Shown piece by piece: positions 1 to 10,833 of a stretch of 64,000 nt of DNA (within the stretch, counting starts at the first letter, position 1; every line of letters begins with the position of its first letter). The DNA lies in NCBI GenBank assembly GCA_043228905.1, contig JBHGNT010000013.1, positions 18,476,001 through 18,540,000 on the forward strand, read 5' to 3'. This stretch comes from Azolla caroliniana. Taxonomy: Eukaryota; Plantae; Polypodiophyta. The notes below the pieces were generated by a model, which did no database searches, was not told the DNA's origin, and saw nothing but the letters and a program-made list of their open reading frames with translations. The translations under genes were made by a program, and so were the position numbers.

Positions 1-299
1 GTTGTAATCTTGCAAACACTGTATCCTTTACTGTTATTGGAATCGAATCTCTTGTTTCCCTCTCTTTGTGTTTTGTGAGTCTCTCTTTTACGCGAGTGTG
101 CATCTTGTTCAAATACGCGTTAGTGGATCATTTAGCCGGCAAGCGTTGTTAGTTGCAAACGGGCCTAACCGGCCCTATGCCTGCGCTCTTCTCCCGCTCC
201 GCCTTCTTCTCTCTCTTGCTCCTCGGTTCAAGGCCCCCGTGGTCCCGCCATATTTCTTACGCGAAAGTGGAACAACACGACAACGGTTTGTAGGTTTGC

Positions 300-1770
300 G
301 CTTATTCATAAGGAATCAAGGGTCAAGATCAAGTTATTCTCAATCCTACAATGGGTGATAACTTCTAAGTATTTCATCATTGTACCACTCCTAGTAAGTG
401 TGAATAGACAAAGACCTAGGTTTTGAGTCTATATAGGAAGGCTAACTACCTTAATGAAGCAATGGAAGTTACAACGTGAGAACTCTATCAATGTGGTAAA
501 GCTCTAGTTGCATACATTTTTTCTTTTGTCAAAACCAAGGTATGATCCTTGTCTGCATATGGTGATATAGGACATTAGAGGGTACTCGAATATGTATCTC
601 ATTGTCTCTAAGGAGTGCTTGAGTTTTCATAGCAACATCTATAAGTACATAATTGGAATCTCACAATTTTCAAAACATATGAAATACCACTAAACATGAA
701 TACAAAAGATGGAATCATTTGATTTCACTGGTCGATATGAAAACACTTGGTACACTTGGGATTAGACCCTACAATAAAAACCAATATACCATTATTTAAA
801 TGCCAAATTCCAATGCTTCATAAGCAAATGGGGGGACCCATCTTCCCAACATCCATGAAATTTAGTGCAGTCAAGGATAGGATATTTATCGTCCATGGGC
901 AGACTATAGGTAGTAAAGGCAATTAGAAGTTAGAACCAATTGTGTAATGATGGGGTTCAAGAGAGCGAATAAGATGTCTGAAAAAATCTTGTTCCTTTGA
1001 TACAAAGCCATATACCCTTAGCTATGTCATTGATGGACTTTAATACACACACGTACAATGAATGTGTGTTCACAAATTAAAGTGTGTAATTGAGCTTGTT
1101 ATCTCAAAAGATTATGCACATTGTGGCCCATCTAGTGTTTGGAACTTTGGGGATCATTGGCATCTAGTATATTTTTTGGTTTCACTGGACACTTGTCTCA
1201 TTCAACCACCAACATTCAAATTTCAAGTTTTCTTCTGATAATTTTATAAGTCTTTACATGTGCACATATAGGTGAAAATATTTGAAAAATCCATCCTAAT
1301 GCATCGTTCTCATTCAAAATGCAGAAGTATCAACAACCATGGAACATATCTATGAAGATCTAACACGTAGAAACACGTGTCTTCTTTCTTGAAATTGCAA
1401 CCTTTCATTGCAAAATGCAAGCTTCTACATTTCTATGTCATGCTTATGTTGCCTAACAACTATAAAGACCATAAGAAATAATTTTGTTAAATTGAACGGG
1501 TGATGATTTCTTGACAATTTCGTTAATGAGTTGTAAAGGTAAGGCTCTAACAATGTGCTTTAGAATGATAAAAGGATGTTATTTTTGTTGTGGATCTCAA
1601 TATCCATTGCAAATCCATTGTTGTCTATCATATTATGACACATTATCCTCTAGTTAGGTGCGATATCATCACCCGTCTCGCAGTACACAAACATGGAGAC
1701 AAATTCCCGAAGAAGAAAATTGTCTTATTATTGCCAACCCAACAAAAGCAAAGTTTGGCCCTTGCTCTCA
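300..1770 (-). mobile_element. Highly degraded Ty3/Gypsy-type pol remnant (protease to RT)
   Basis: Minus-strand translations give broken retroelement-like motifs: a protease-like 'CWVGNNKTIFFF' near 1720-1760, 'FYVLDL..VPWL' near 1335-1385, and RT-like segments near 610-810. Many stops and frameshifts; boundaries approximate. Confidence 0.45.
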
Positions 1771-1773
1771 AGA

Positions 1774-2010
1774 TGTATGTATGTATACATACATACATGC
1801 ATATATATGCATGCACGAATACATACATACGTACATGCATATATACATATGCATGCACAAATACCTACCTACCTACATACATACATACATACATACATAC
1901 ATGCATACATACACACACAACATACATTCATATGCATGCATGAATACATACATACATACATAGTACATACATACATATGCATACATACATACATTCCTAT
2001 GCATGCACGA
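1774..2010. repeat. (TACA)n/(CATA)n complex microsatellite, left block
   Basis: Directly visible tacatacatac... array; it generates spurious H/T/Y/I-rich and M/Y/V/C-rich ORFs. Confidence 0.95.
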
Positions 2011-2021
2011 ATACCTTACCT

Positions 2022-3172
2022 CGTTCTAAAGGAGGATTAGGTATTATTGATCTAGTAGATCAATCAAGAGCATTGTTAAGTAAGTTGCTTGTTAGAGGAT
2101 TTACGTCGGGGCAAGAGATATGTATTATTGCTTGACTGATGTTCAGATTGCTTTCCACACTTTGGTGCCCCCTGGTTGAAGGATGTAAATTGGATATTTA
2201 TGGAATATTTTCGAGTACCTTCAGCCAATAGATGGGAAGATAAGTTTATTAGGAGATTATTTTCAGCATGGAAACAAGTATTACTTGGTTTGCTTCATAA
2301 TAAACCTAACCCCAAACATTATGTTGAGTATCTCAGACAAAAGATAGTTTGGAACCCATTGTTTACAACATCAAATCGTTCAATGTTGGGTTCTAGACAA
2401 TGGCTATCATGGGGGGAAATGACAGAAGGTCTTGCGAAAACAATTTTGACTTGGAAAGAATTTTTATCGCATTCATTGGAAGAGCAAAAAGAAATCCTAT
2501 GCAATATGCATGGCGGCCAAATAATGTATCAACAAATTCAGGAAGCCATGAGTAGACTTCTCATACCACACAATAATGCTAACCATAGATGGGTTGGGGT
2601 TTTTTCAAGATTGGAAGTACTCTTGGCTGTGAAGGGGTAATCAAATGATAAGACATACCCGTTGGTTGAGGTGGAGGAAACAAACCAATTGTCTTAGTTG
2701 GGGGAAATGGTGATAGATTACCCCTATGCTATTGAGCACAAGATAAGGGTCATTGGATATGCCGAGCGTAAATGGTATATTGATCCAATGATAGAGGAAG
2801 TCTAGCTAGTATGGGAGATACTTAGTAGTACCATTGTATATCACATTTGGGAGGCTCGGTGCTCTCTCGTTTTCCATCAACTTAAAACACCACCAACTGA
2901 AGTGGTTTCGAACATTTGGTTAGACATAGTTCATACTTTGAAGGGTCAATGGGATGGTATAGTTGGAGATTCTGAGGCTAAAATTGCTCAACGGAGTGAG
3001 TTTCTTATTATCTGGACAGCTACTCCATTCATGACATCCAATTACATCACTCCTTATTGGCATTTTCAGCCGCTGAAATGGTTCTTTCCCCTGCTGATCA
3101 CATAGAGGTTTAAAATCTTGTAAATTGTTTATACTAATGACAAGATATCTTTTTATAAATAAAATAAAATAA
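2022..3172 (+). mobile_element. 5'-truncated, degraded LINE (non-LTR retrotransposon ORF2 C-terminal region)
   Basis: Begins with the post-RT motif KGGLGIIDL (2028-2054), continues with W-rich ORF fragments (2176-2640, 2902-3105) including 'HIWEARC..F', and ends in an A-rich tail (aaat/aaaat repeats, about 3155-3175). Flanked by imperfect direct repeats aataccttacct / aataccaacct. Confidence 0.7.
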
Positions 3173-3182
3173 AATACCAACC

Positions 3183-3275
3183 TACACACACACAACAACA
3201 ACATACGTACGTACATACATACATACATACATACATACACACATACATGCAAGCATACATACATACATACATACA

Positions 3276-3306
<31 letters not shown>

Positions 3307-3785
3307 GCATACATACACACAACATACATTCATACAAATGTATACATACATACACACACATACATACATACATACATACATATGGATACATACGTACATT
3401 CATACACATCTTCTTTTCCGTGGGGTATGCATACATACACACACAACATACATTCATACATCTGCATACATACAAATGCATACACACACACATACGTACG
3501 TACGTACATTCATACACATCTTCTTTTCCGTGGGGTATGCATACATACACACACAACATACATTCATACATATGCATACATACAAATGCATACTTTCAAA
3601 TGCATACATACATACATACACACATACACACACATACGTACATACGTACATACGTACATACATACATACATACATATGGAAACATACGTACATGCATACA
3701 CATCATCTTCTTTTCCGTGGGGTCACGAGATGGGGATAGAAAGATCACGAGGTCCTGCGAGTGATGTACGTACATATATGTACAT
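3183..3785. repeat. (TACA)n complex satellite with a ~110-bp higher-order unit
   Basis: TACA array in which the motif cttcttttccgtgggg recurs at about 3410, 3520 and 3707. Confidence 0.9.
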
Positions 3786-3992
3786 CTCTATTGATCTTAT
3801 CATCACGTGCAGAGGAGAGAAGCACATGGTCTCGACTCTCTCCCATAAAATATCATCAATCTTCTTCATCTCACTACTGCAGAGGTAGGTAATTTAGAAG
3901 AAGATGAAAGGAAGCCCACATTAATCTTGTTACAAAGAAAACAAACCTCTCAGATGCATTTCCCTCTACTCTAACCCTACAATTGCTTCTGT

Positions 3993-4083
3993 GAAGCAGC
4001 AGAAGAAGAAAGAAAGAAGAAAGAAGGAAGAAGGAAGAAGGAAGAAGGAAGAAGGAAGAAGGAAGAAGAAAGAAGGAAGGAAG
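3993..4083. repeat. Purine-rich (GAA/GGAA)n repeat upstream of the apyrase ATG
   Basis: gaagaaggaagaaggaag... visible directly. Confidence 0.9.
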
Positions 4084-4169
4084 TTCATGGTGTATCTCTC
4101 TAACGGCAATAACAACAACAACAAACAAACACTGCATTGTTATCCCACACTTACAGTGACAAGCAAAAT

Positions 4170-5221
4170 ATGAAGCAAAGACATAACCACATGATGCTCC
4201 ATGAAATGCACTCTCCTCGCCCTAATCTTCTTCCTCTCATCTCAGTACCTTCATTCCTACTCATTGTCTTCTTCATTCTCGTGACCCCACCTCAATCTGC
4301 AGTCCAAGCTTCGAGTCGACTGAACTGGGCTCTCATAACCACCGTCGTTAAAGCACCTCGTGACATCGAGAGCAGTAGAAGATGGCCTGCATTGTCGTCG
4401 GCAAGCGATGTTCAGTATGGCGTTGTCTTTGATGCCGGAAGCTCAGGTAGCAGAGTGCATGTCTATGCCTTTGATGATCAATTTGAACTTGTACCCATCG
4501 GAGATGATATGGAGCTCTTTCGCCGGGTAATACCAGAAAGACCAAAGATTAAACAAAATATAATGCACAAAGCACTGTGTGATGATGATGATGATGATGT
4601 GTTAAGAAAACAGAATTAAATAAGACAGTACATGCAAAAAGCACAGTCTAATGATGATGCGCATTGTCTCTTAAGTTTTATTTATTTCTGCTTCTATGCT
4701 CTTTTTCGAAAATGTTCTTGTTTTGTAATCAGGTTGCAAAAAGCTTGATAATTGAAATTCTGTGTTTCAGTCGATGAATAACGGGCACTTTATTGGACAG
4801 TTTCTCCTTCTGCTGCGCATTCATGTAGATAATTTCACTCTAATGGTTTATCCTTTGGGTAACATGATGTGCAGACGAGCCCAGGATTAAGTGCTTACGC
4901 TGAAAACCCAGAAGAAGCGGTGGATTCTTTGAAACCTTTGCTCAATGATGCGATAGATGCGGTACCCGAAGAAAAACGTTCAGAAACACCTCTTAGACTA
5001 GGGGTAATCTTTTTCTATGATTTCCTCACAATTCTTAATTATATTATACTTTCTCTTTTAATGTTGAAAATTTAAAGAATTGTGTAACAGTTTATTTATT
5101 TTGTTTGTTCAGGCTACTGCAGGTTTACGCTTACTTCCTGGGGATTCAGCCCAAAATATATTAGAAGCAGTACGTATAATTATCAATGTGCATCATCATG
5201 TAGATGAATATCTTCAATGCT

Positions 5222-5261
<40 letters not shown>

Positions 5262-7898
5262 AAAGAAACGAAGGGCTAAACATGACAAATGCTCCTAACT
5301 TTTTGGGTATTCTGTTGATGTAAAAACAAAAGAAAAGGTAATCAATGTAAATGCTCAATTCTGGGTGTTTTTCGCATCAGAGATTTCTGATACTGAATGC
5401 AATATCAAGTTAGAAAGTTTGATTTCTGAGACTTCCTTTGATCATAGGTTCGCAATTTCTTCTCGGACAGTCCTTTCAAATTCCAATCAGATTGGGTCAG
5501 CATCTTGGATGGAAGTCAAGAAGGTGCATATGCATGGGTAGGTGATTATTGATATTATGTCGCATCTTCACTCAGATTCTCTTATATGCAATTGTGGAGA
5601 ATATGCTTTTATTAAGTTTAAATTATCAAAATCTGTAAATAAATCAATTGCTTGTTCGGTTCTAATTAGCGTTGCTTGGTAATCTTCAAAAACCACTGAA
5701 AAATAGGAATCCATAAGGTAAGACACCGAAAATTAAGGAAAGATGATAGCTTATAATAGAGTAATCATATGAGAGATAGGTGCAAGGTATACACGAGTCT
5801 TTTCCATGGATCAGTCTTTCAACTGAGATACTAATCACTAGAATTTTTTTTTACTCACAACTTTAACAAATAGCTCTATGTACTTCTACATATAGATTTT
5901 TTTATAACCGCCAATGTTCACCTGACCTTCTCAATGTGCTGTTTTTCAGGTAGCAATCAATTATTTGCTTGGAAACATCGGAAATGACATTGGCAAAACA
6001 GGTGGTATTGTAGATCTTGGAGGGGGATCTGTCCAGATGGCATATGCTATTTCAGATGAAGCTGCCAAGAATGCTCCTGAGCCAGCCGAAGGGGAGGATG
6101 AGAATGTTAAGGAGTTAAATCTCTTTGGAAATGAGTACAATTTATATGTCCACAGGTATGTATATATATGCACTTGTTGGGAGTACATAATGCTACTACA
6201 GTATAAATGATCAAAATACCTAAACATACCTGTGTAACCAGCTATATGTCCACAGGTATGTATATATATGAACTTGTTTGGAGTACATAATGCTACTTAC
6301 TATACAGTATAAATGATAAAAATACCTAAACATGTGCATTACTGGTTTTGTGGGTTTCTAACCACAAATGGAGACTTTTCTCCAGTAATTATATAATATA
6401 TCACAATCAAAAACTGTCCCCACAAATGGAGACTTTTCTCCAGTAATTATATAATAAATAATATCACAATAAAAAAACTGTGTATATTGTTGTGCACACA
6501 TATTGGATGAGTGAAAATGTTTTCAAGGATTCTCCATTTTTATCATGTTATGGTGACTTCTTGGTGTTAACCTCCCATTATTCTTTGCTTTTTTGCAGTT
6601 ACTTGAACTATGGTTTATTAGCAGCTAGAGCTCAGGTCCTGAAACTAGTACAAGACAATGAGACGTGCCCTTGCTTAGCAAAGGGATTCAAGGGTATTAA
6701 TGCAATACAGCTAGATCTAGCATTTGATATATCTAACCGACTACTAGTTACAATATTCTATATTTACATATATTAAACAGACTCTGGATTTAATCCCTTA
6801 AAATTCTTTAATTGTCACAGGGGAATATGTTTATAGCTCAGTGAACTACACAGCTGTAGGACAAGCATCAGGTGGTAATTTTGATGAATGCCAGAAGCTA
6901 ATTGTGAAAGCTTTGGACAAAGACCATACATGTGATTATGCGGAATGCACATTTGGAGGAGTGTGGAATGGTGGGGGTGGTGATGGTCAGAAGAATCTTT
7001 ATTTGGCATCTTTCTTCTTTGATAGGGCACTTCAGGTAGTATTTCTATCTTTATTGATGAAAGGTAAAAACACTCACAAAAATACCCATATACATACTTC
7101 TGCATACCCTAAACCCTAACAACCCTAAACCCTTAAACCCTTAAACCCTTAAACCCTAAACCCTAAACCCTTAAACCTTAAACCCTAAACCCTTAAACCT
7201 TAAACCCTAAACACAAAGGTTCAAGAATGCATGTCTCTGTACAAGTAAGATTTCGTACAACAGCATATATTCCATGAAACATTTTGAAAACTTGGATGTA
7301 TTCTGCTAAATATCCAAGACTTTAGAGGTACCATGGATATATGTATTATCCTAAATTCTTCTCTTTTTTTTTTGGGGGGGGGGGGGGGGGTGGGGGGTGT
7401 ATTCAAATGAATATGAGTATGCAGACAGGTATTATCAATGATACAGAGGCTGTGGAGGCCCAAGGGAAAGCAATAGATTTTGAGACATTTGGAAGGAAAA
7501 TATGTCCATTGGGTGTAGATGAAATCGAAGAGCTCTATCCAAGAGTGGAAGAGGATGACCGCCCCTATCTTTGTCTCGACCTCGTGTATGAATATACACT
7601 CCTAGTAAACGGATTTGGTATACATATTTACATCCTTTCTCCTCTCTCTCTCTCTCTCTATACAATTCATTGCTTTTGCATTGATTCACTTTTCTTTTCT
7701 ATTTATTGCTCATGAGACCCTTTAGTGACCCAAAAAAAATTTGGGATTTTTATTTTTTTTTCTTTTTCTTTTGCTGTGTTTGGAACAGGTGTTAACAAGA
7801 CTCAAGAGGTTACATTGTTAAAGCAAGTAACATATAAGGGTTACAATGTCAATGCGGAATGGCCTCTAGGTAGTGCAATCGAACTCCTTTCGTCGTAG
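4170..7898 (+). CDS. APY: Apyrase (GDA1/CD39 NTPDase family) with an N-terminal membrane anchor; 9 exons
   Basis: Exons about 4170-4526, 4875-5003, 5113-5169, 5448-5537, 5950-6155, 6599-6693, 6821-7035, 7425-7617, 7789-7898, all GT-AG. Apyrase conserved regions present: ACR1 [15 protein letters not shown]2 [11 protein letters not shown]3 [10 protein letters not shown]4 [14 protein letters not shown]5 WPLG, plus [12 protein letters not shown]. Confidence 0.95.
6143..6333 (+). repeat. 100-bp tandem duplication spanning the exon 5 donor of apyrase
   Basis: tatatgtccacag|gtatgtatatatatg...aaaatacctaaacat occurs at about 6143 and again at about 6243. Confidence 0.9.
6362..6480 (+). repeat. ~58-bp tandem duplication in an apyrase intron
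   Basis: ccacaaatggagacttttctccagtaattatataa...aaaaactg occurs twice. Confidence 0.9.
7107..7211. repeat. Interstitial telomeric-type array (CCCTAAA plus CCCTTAAA/CCTTAAA variants) in apyrase intron 7
   Basis: About 14 tandem units; Arabidopsis-type TTTAGGG on the minus strand, mixed with variants. Confidence 0.9.
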
Positions 7899-9555
7899 TG
7901 ACACTGCCTTTTTCTTGAATCAATAATAAAGTTCATGGCCTTCACAAATTTGAATTTGTTAAGATCAACTGGGCCCCTTTATGTGAACCAACCAAGATGA
8001 TGTATCATTAAGAAACAATGCCTTGCTTGAGTTTGTTATTAATGAACATGTTTTAAGGATTTCATAACAAGTTATGTCACAATGTTAATGATTGATGATA
8101 GCCAACAATTGTTCAATCTTCGACAATTTATCATCGATGCTAAAATAATTGGTGCAATGTCATTATTTTCATTTGCAAAGTAGTAACTCAATTTATGGTC
8201 AACCACTCAATTCACTAATATATTAGTAATTATCATAGAACTCACTTCGATTAAGTTGATTGAAATCCTATATAAAAAAGGCATTTAGTCTATTTAAAAT
8301 TGAAAATCTTGGAATCTCATAAATAAGGCTGAATATGATAATTGGCTTGTAAATTTGTAATATGGGAAAAATCTAAGAATAATGATGGACTTCTAAGAAA
8401 ATCCTAAAACTATTGCTATATGACACTCTGGAGCATTGTTTTTTTTAAAAAGATATCCATTCATTAATGTAAACAATTAACAAAGTTATGATTCCTAAGT
8501 GATTGACGAAGGGAACAACTACCTTGGTGGCTGAAAGTGCCAAAAATGAGTGCCATTGTTCAAGGGCATATGTGGAGTGGCTTTCCACAAAGTAAGAAGT
8601 TGATGGCATTGAGTACCAGAATCTCCAATAATACAATCTCATAGACCCTTCAAATTATGAACCAAATATTATTTACCAATTCAATTAGTGAGGCTCTAAC
8701 TTGATGGAAAAAAAAAGAGCACCGAACCTTTCAAATGTAATATATAGTAGTACTACTAAATATCTCCCATAATGGTTGCACCTCCTTCCTTATCCCTAAA
8801 AACTACATAGACACTAATGGAAATACACGAAAATTTCCAAAGTTAGTGTGAAAACCATGGATCATTGTTATCAACAAGAGCACTAGAGTTGTAAATATTA
8901 CAATGAATATAATCGAGGCTACTAGAGAAGTGTTGGTCGCAATACTAAACTTGAACTACCTTGGAAGCTTCAAATTGCCAATGCTAGTTTCGGATAATTG
9001 AATGTTGTTGCACATCAAAATATTTTACATTGGAGAAATCGTCCTAACACCACAAGTATTGGCTTGTGGGAGGAAGCCTAAAGAATCAATGTGGTTCAAT
9101 TAGGAATTAAGGAGAACGGTAAAACTTGAACGAATTACATGCGACTAAGTTTTGCGCAGGAACCTGAACTAGCAGACAGAAGCACAAGTGCCACAAGCGC
9201 ATTAATCTTTGTTGGCCATCCTACACATGGAAAGATGGAGGAAATAAATGATGAGAGAAGAGGTTGCAAGATTCTTCCTTTGATTTCTAGGGGGGCATTC
9301 CTTCGAGAGACAAGAGAAGGTGAAGATGCAATCATTTGTTTGCATGTATGAAAAACGTAGGTCTCTTCTTCACCTATCGAGCATCGATACATAATGGTTT
9401 TCATACTCACACTTCTTGCATTATGTACATTGGCTTCGAGAAGATCGATGGAAGCCGATAAACCTAGAAGGTTTCATGTCTTGGAAGAGCATAGAGAGGT
9501 GTCAGGTAGGGATGTGTGTGTGTGTGTGTGCATGTCTAAGAAAGAGTGCCCAGAT

Positions 9556-9650
9556 GGATGTAGCTCAGTTTGGTAAGGTTGCCCAATGGAGATCAAGTGG
9601 TCATGGGTTCAACCCCTACATTCCACAGTGGCATCTAGTGAATTAAGAGA
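9556..9650 (+). mobile_element. tRNA-derived SINE-like element or tRNA pseudogene
   Basis: A-box TAGCTCAGTTTGG (9561), B-box GGTTCAACCCC (about 9606), acceptor-stem-like pairing ggatgtag/ctacattcc, and a 3' tail tggcatctagtgaattaaga shared with the copy at about 62200. No clean anticodon arm. Confidence 0.6.
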
Positions 9651-9675
9651 TATATAAGAAGAGGAGGTGAGGAAG

Positions 9676-9735
9676 TTGGGTTCCGAACCCACAACGCAAT
9701 GCTTGTAGTGCTAACAACTTACCACTAGGATAAGG
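9676..9735 (-). pseudogene. Degenerate tRNA-like/SINE head on the opposite strand
   Basis: Reverse complement ccttatcctagtggtaag...gtgggttcggaacccaa has A-box-like and B-box-like motifs at tRNA-like spacing. Confidence 0.35.
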
Positions 9736-9744
9736 TAATTACAA

Positions 9745-9781
<37 letters not shown>

Positions 9782-9784
9782 TGT

Positions 9785-10260
9785 GTGTGGAAAAATGGAA
9801 AATACACAAATCTCATCATGGATGGCGGAAAATCTTAAAAAGTAGTTGGTATTCTAAATTGCCACTTGTAGCAAAGGTCTTCGTTTGGAGAGTTTTGATT
9901 AGGGGATTGCCTTTGGGATTAGCTCTAAAGCATCGTGCAATTGTTTCTTTTGCAATGCTCAAATGGAAGATAGTACTCATCGTTTCATACAATGTCTGAT
10001 TGCTTGTCAGATTTGGAGTTACATTTCTCAAATTTGGCAAGTTTTATTACGATGTTATTGGAGGCCTAAATAGTGGGTGTTTGCACAATTTACAAGGTTG
10101 ACCCCCAAAAAAATCAGAGACGGAGATTGTTTTTTCTATTTCTGAGGTATTTTTGGGGGTTGCGTCATAATTGAGATAAATGCGCAATGCTTTTGTAATT
10201 GATGGTAAGCATGGAGTGATAGCATATCTACGAAAGTTGAAGGGAGCATGAATGTGGCAA
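9785..10260 (+). mobile_element. LINE remnant (zf-RVT zinc-binding region)
   Basis: W.SKLPLVAKVFVWRVLIRGLP followed, after a frameshift, by 'FC...MEDSTHRFIQC....QIW', typical of plant LINE ORF2 C-termini. Confidence 0.7.
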
Positions 10261-10266
10261 TTTTTT

Positions 10267-10605
10267 TTATTGGAGCAAGTGAAGTGTTTATGTTGTCTAT
10301 TGGCAATTCAACATGTTCCACTACCACCCATGGAATGTAGTTAGCGGGTGACCATACTCAACTCCATTGTGACACCCATTGGAATTTGGAACTAGTGTTT
10401 TTCAGACACACATTTATTAATATAATTGTTGTGACGAAAAAATTTATTGGAGCAAGTGAAGTGTTTATGTTGTCTATTGGCAATTCAACATGTTCCACTA
10501 CCCATGGAATGTAGTTAGCCGCTGACAATACTCAACTCCATTGTGACACCCATTGGAATTTGGAACTAGTGTTTTTCAGACACACATTTATTAATATAAT
10601 TGTTT
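10267..10605 (+). repeat. ~177-bp near-perfect tandem duplication
   Basis: tttattggagcaagtgaagtg...cacatttattaatataattgtt at about 10267 and about 10443. Confidence 0.95.
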
Positions 10606-10833
10606 GTGTAGGAAAGATAAAAAAGAGAGAGCGCTTTGCCAATACTCCGTTCTGTCTGTCATTCCAGTGCTAATGGGCGATCACAGATAATGGAGTGGAT
10701 GGCCGCCACAACCGTCATACTGGCGACTGGGACAATAACCGGAGATCTCCTGCATCAGGACAGGTATCCCTGAACAGAATCTTAGGAGAAAGAATCTCGG
10801 GAAAGACCTTCTGTGGGAGGGCTCTGCCAGTGG

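Noticed and set aside
1590-3888. Many overlapping ORFs rich in H/T/Y/I or M/Y/V/C
   Set aside because: They are translations of the (TACA)n microsatellite, not genes.
9556-9625. Functional tRNA gene
   Set aside because: No convincing anticodon stem-loop, and it shares a non-tRNA tail with another dispersed copy.
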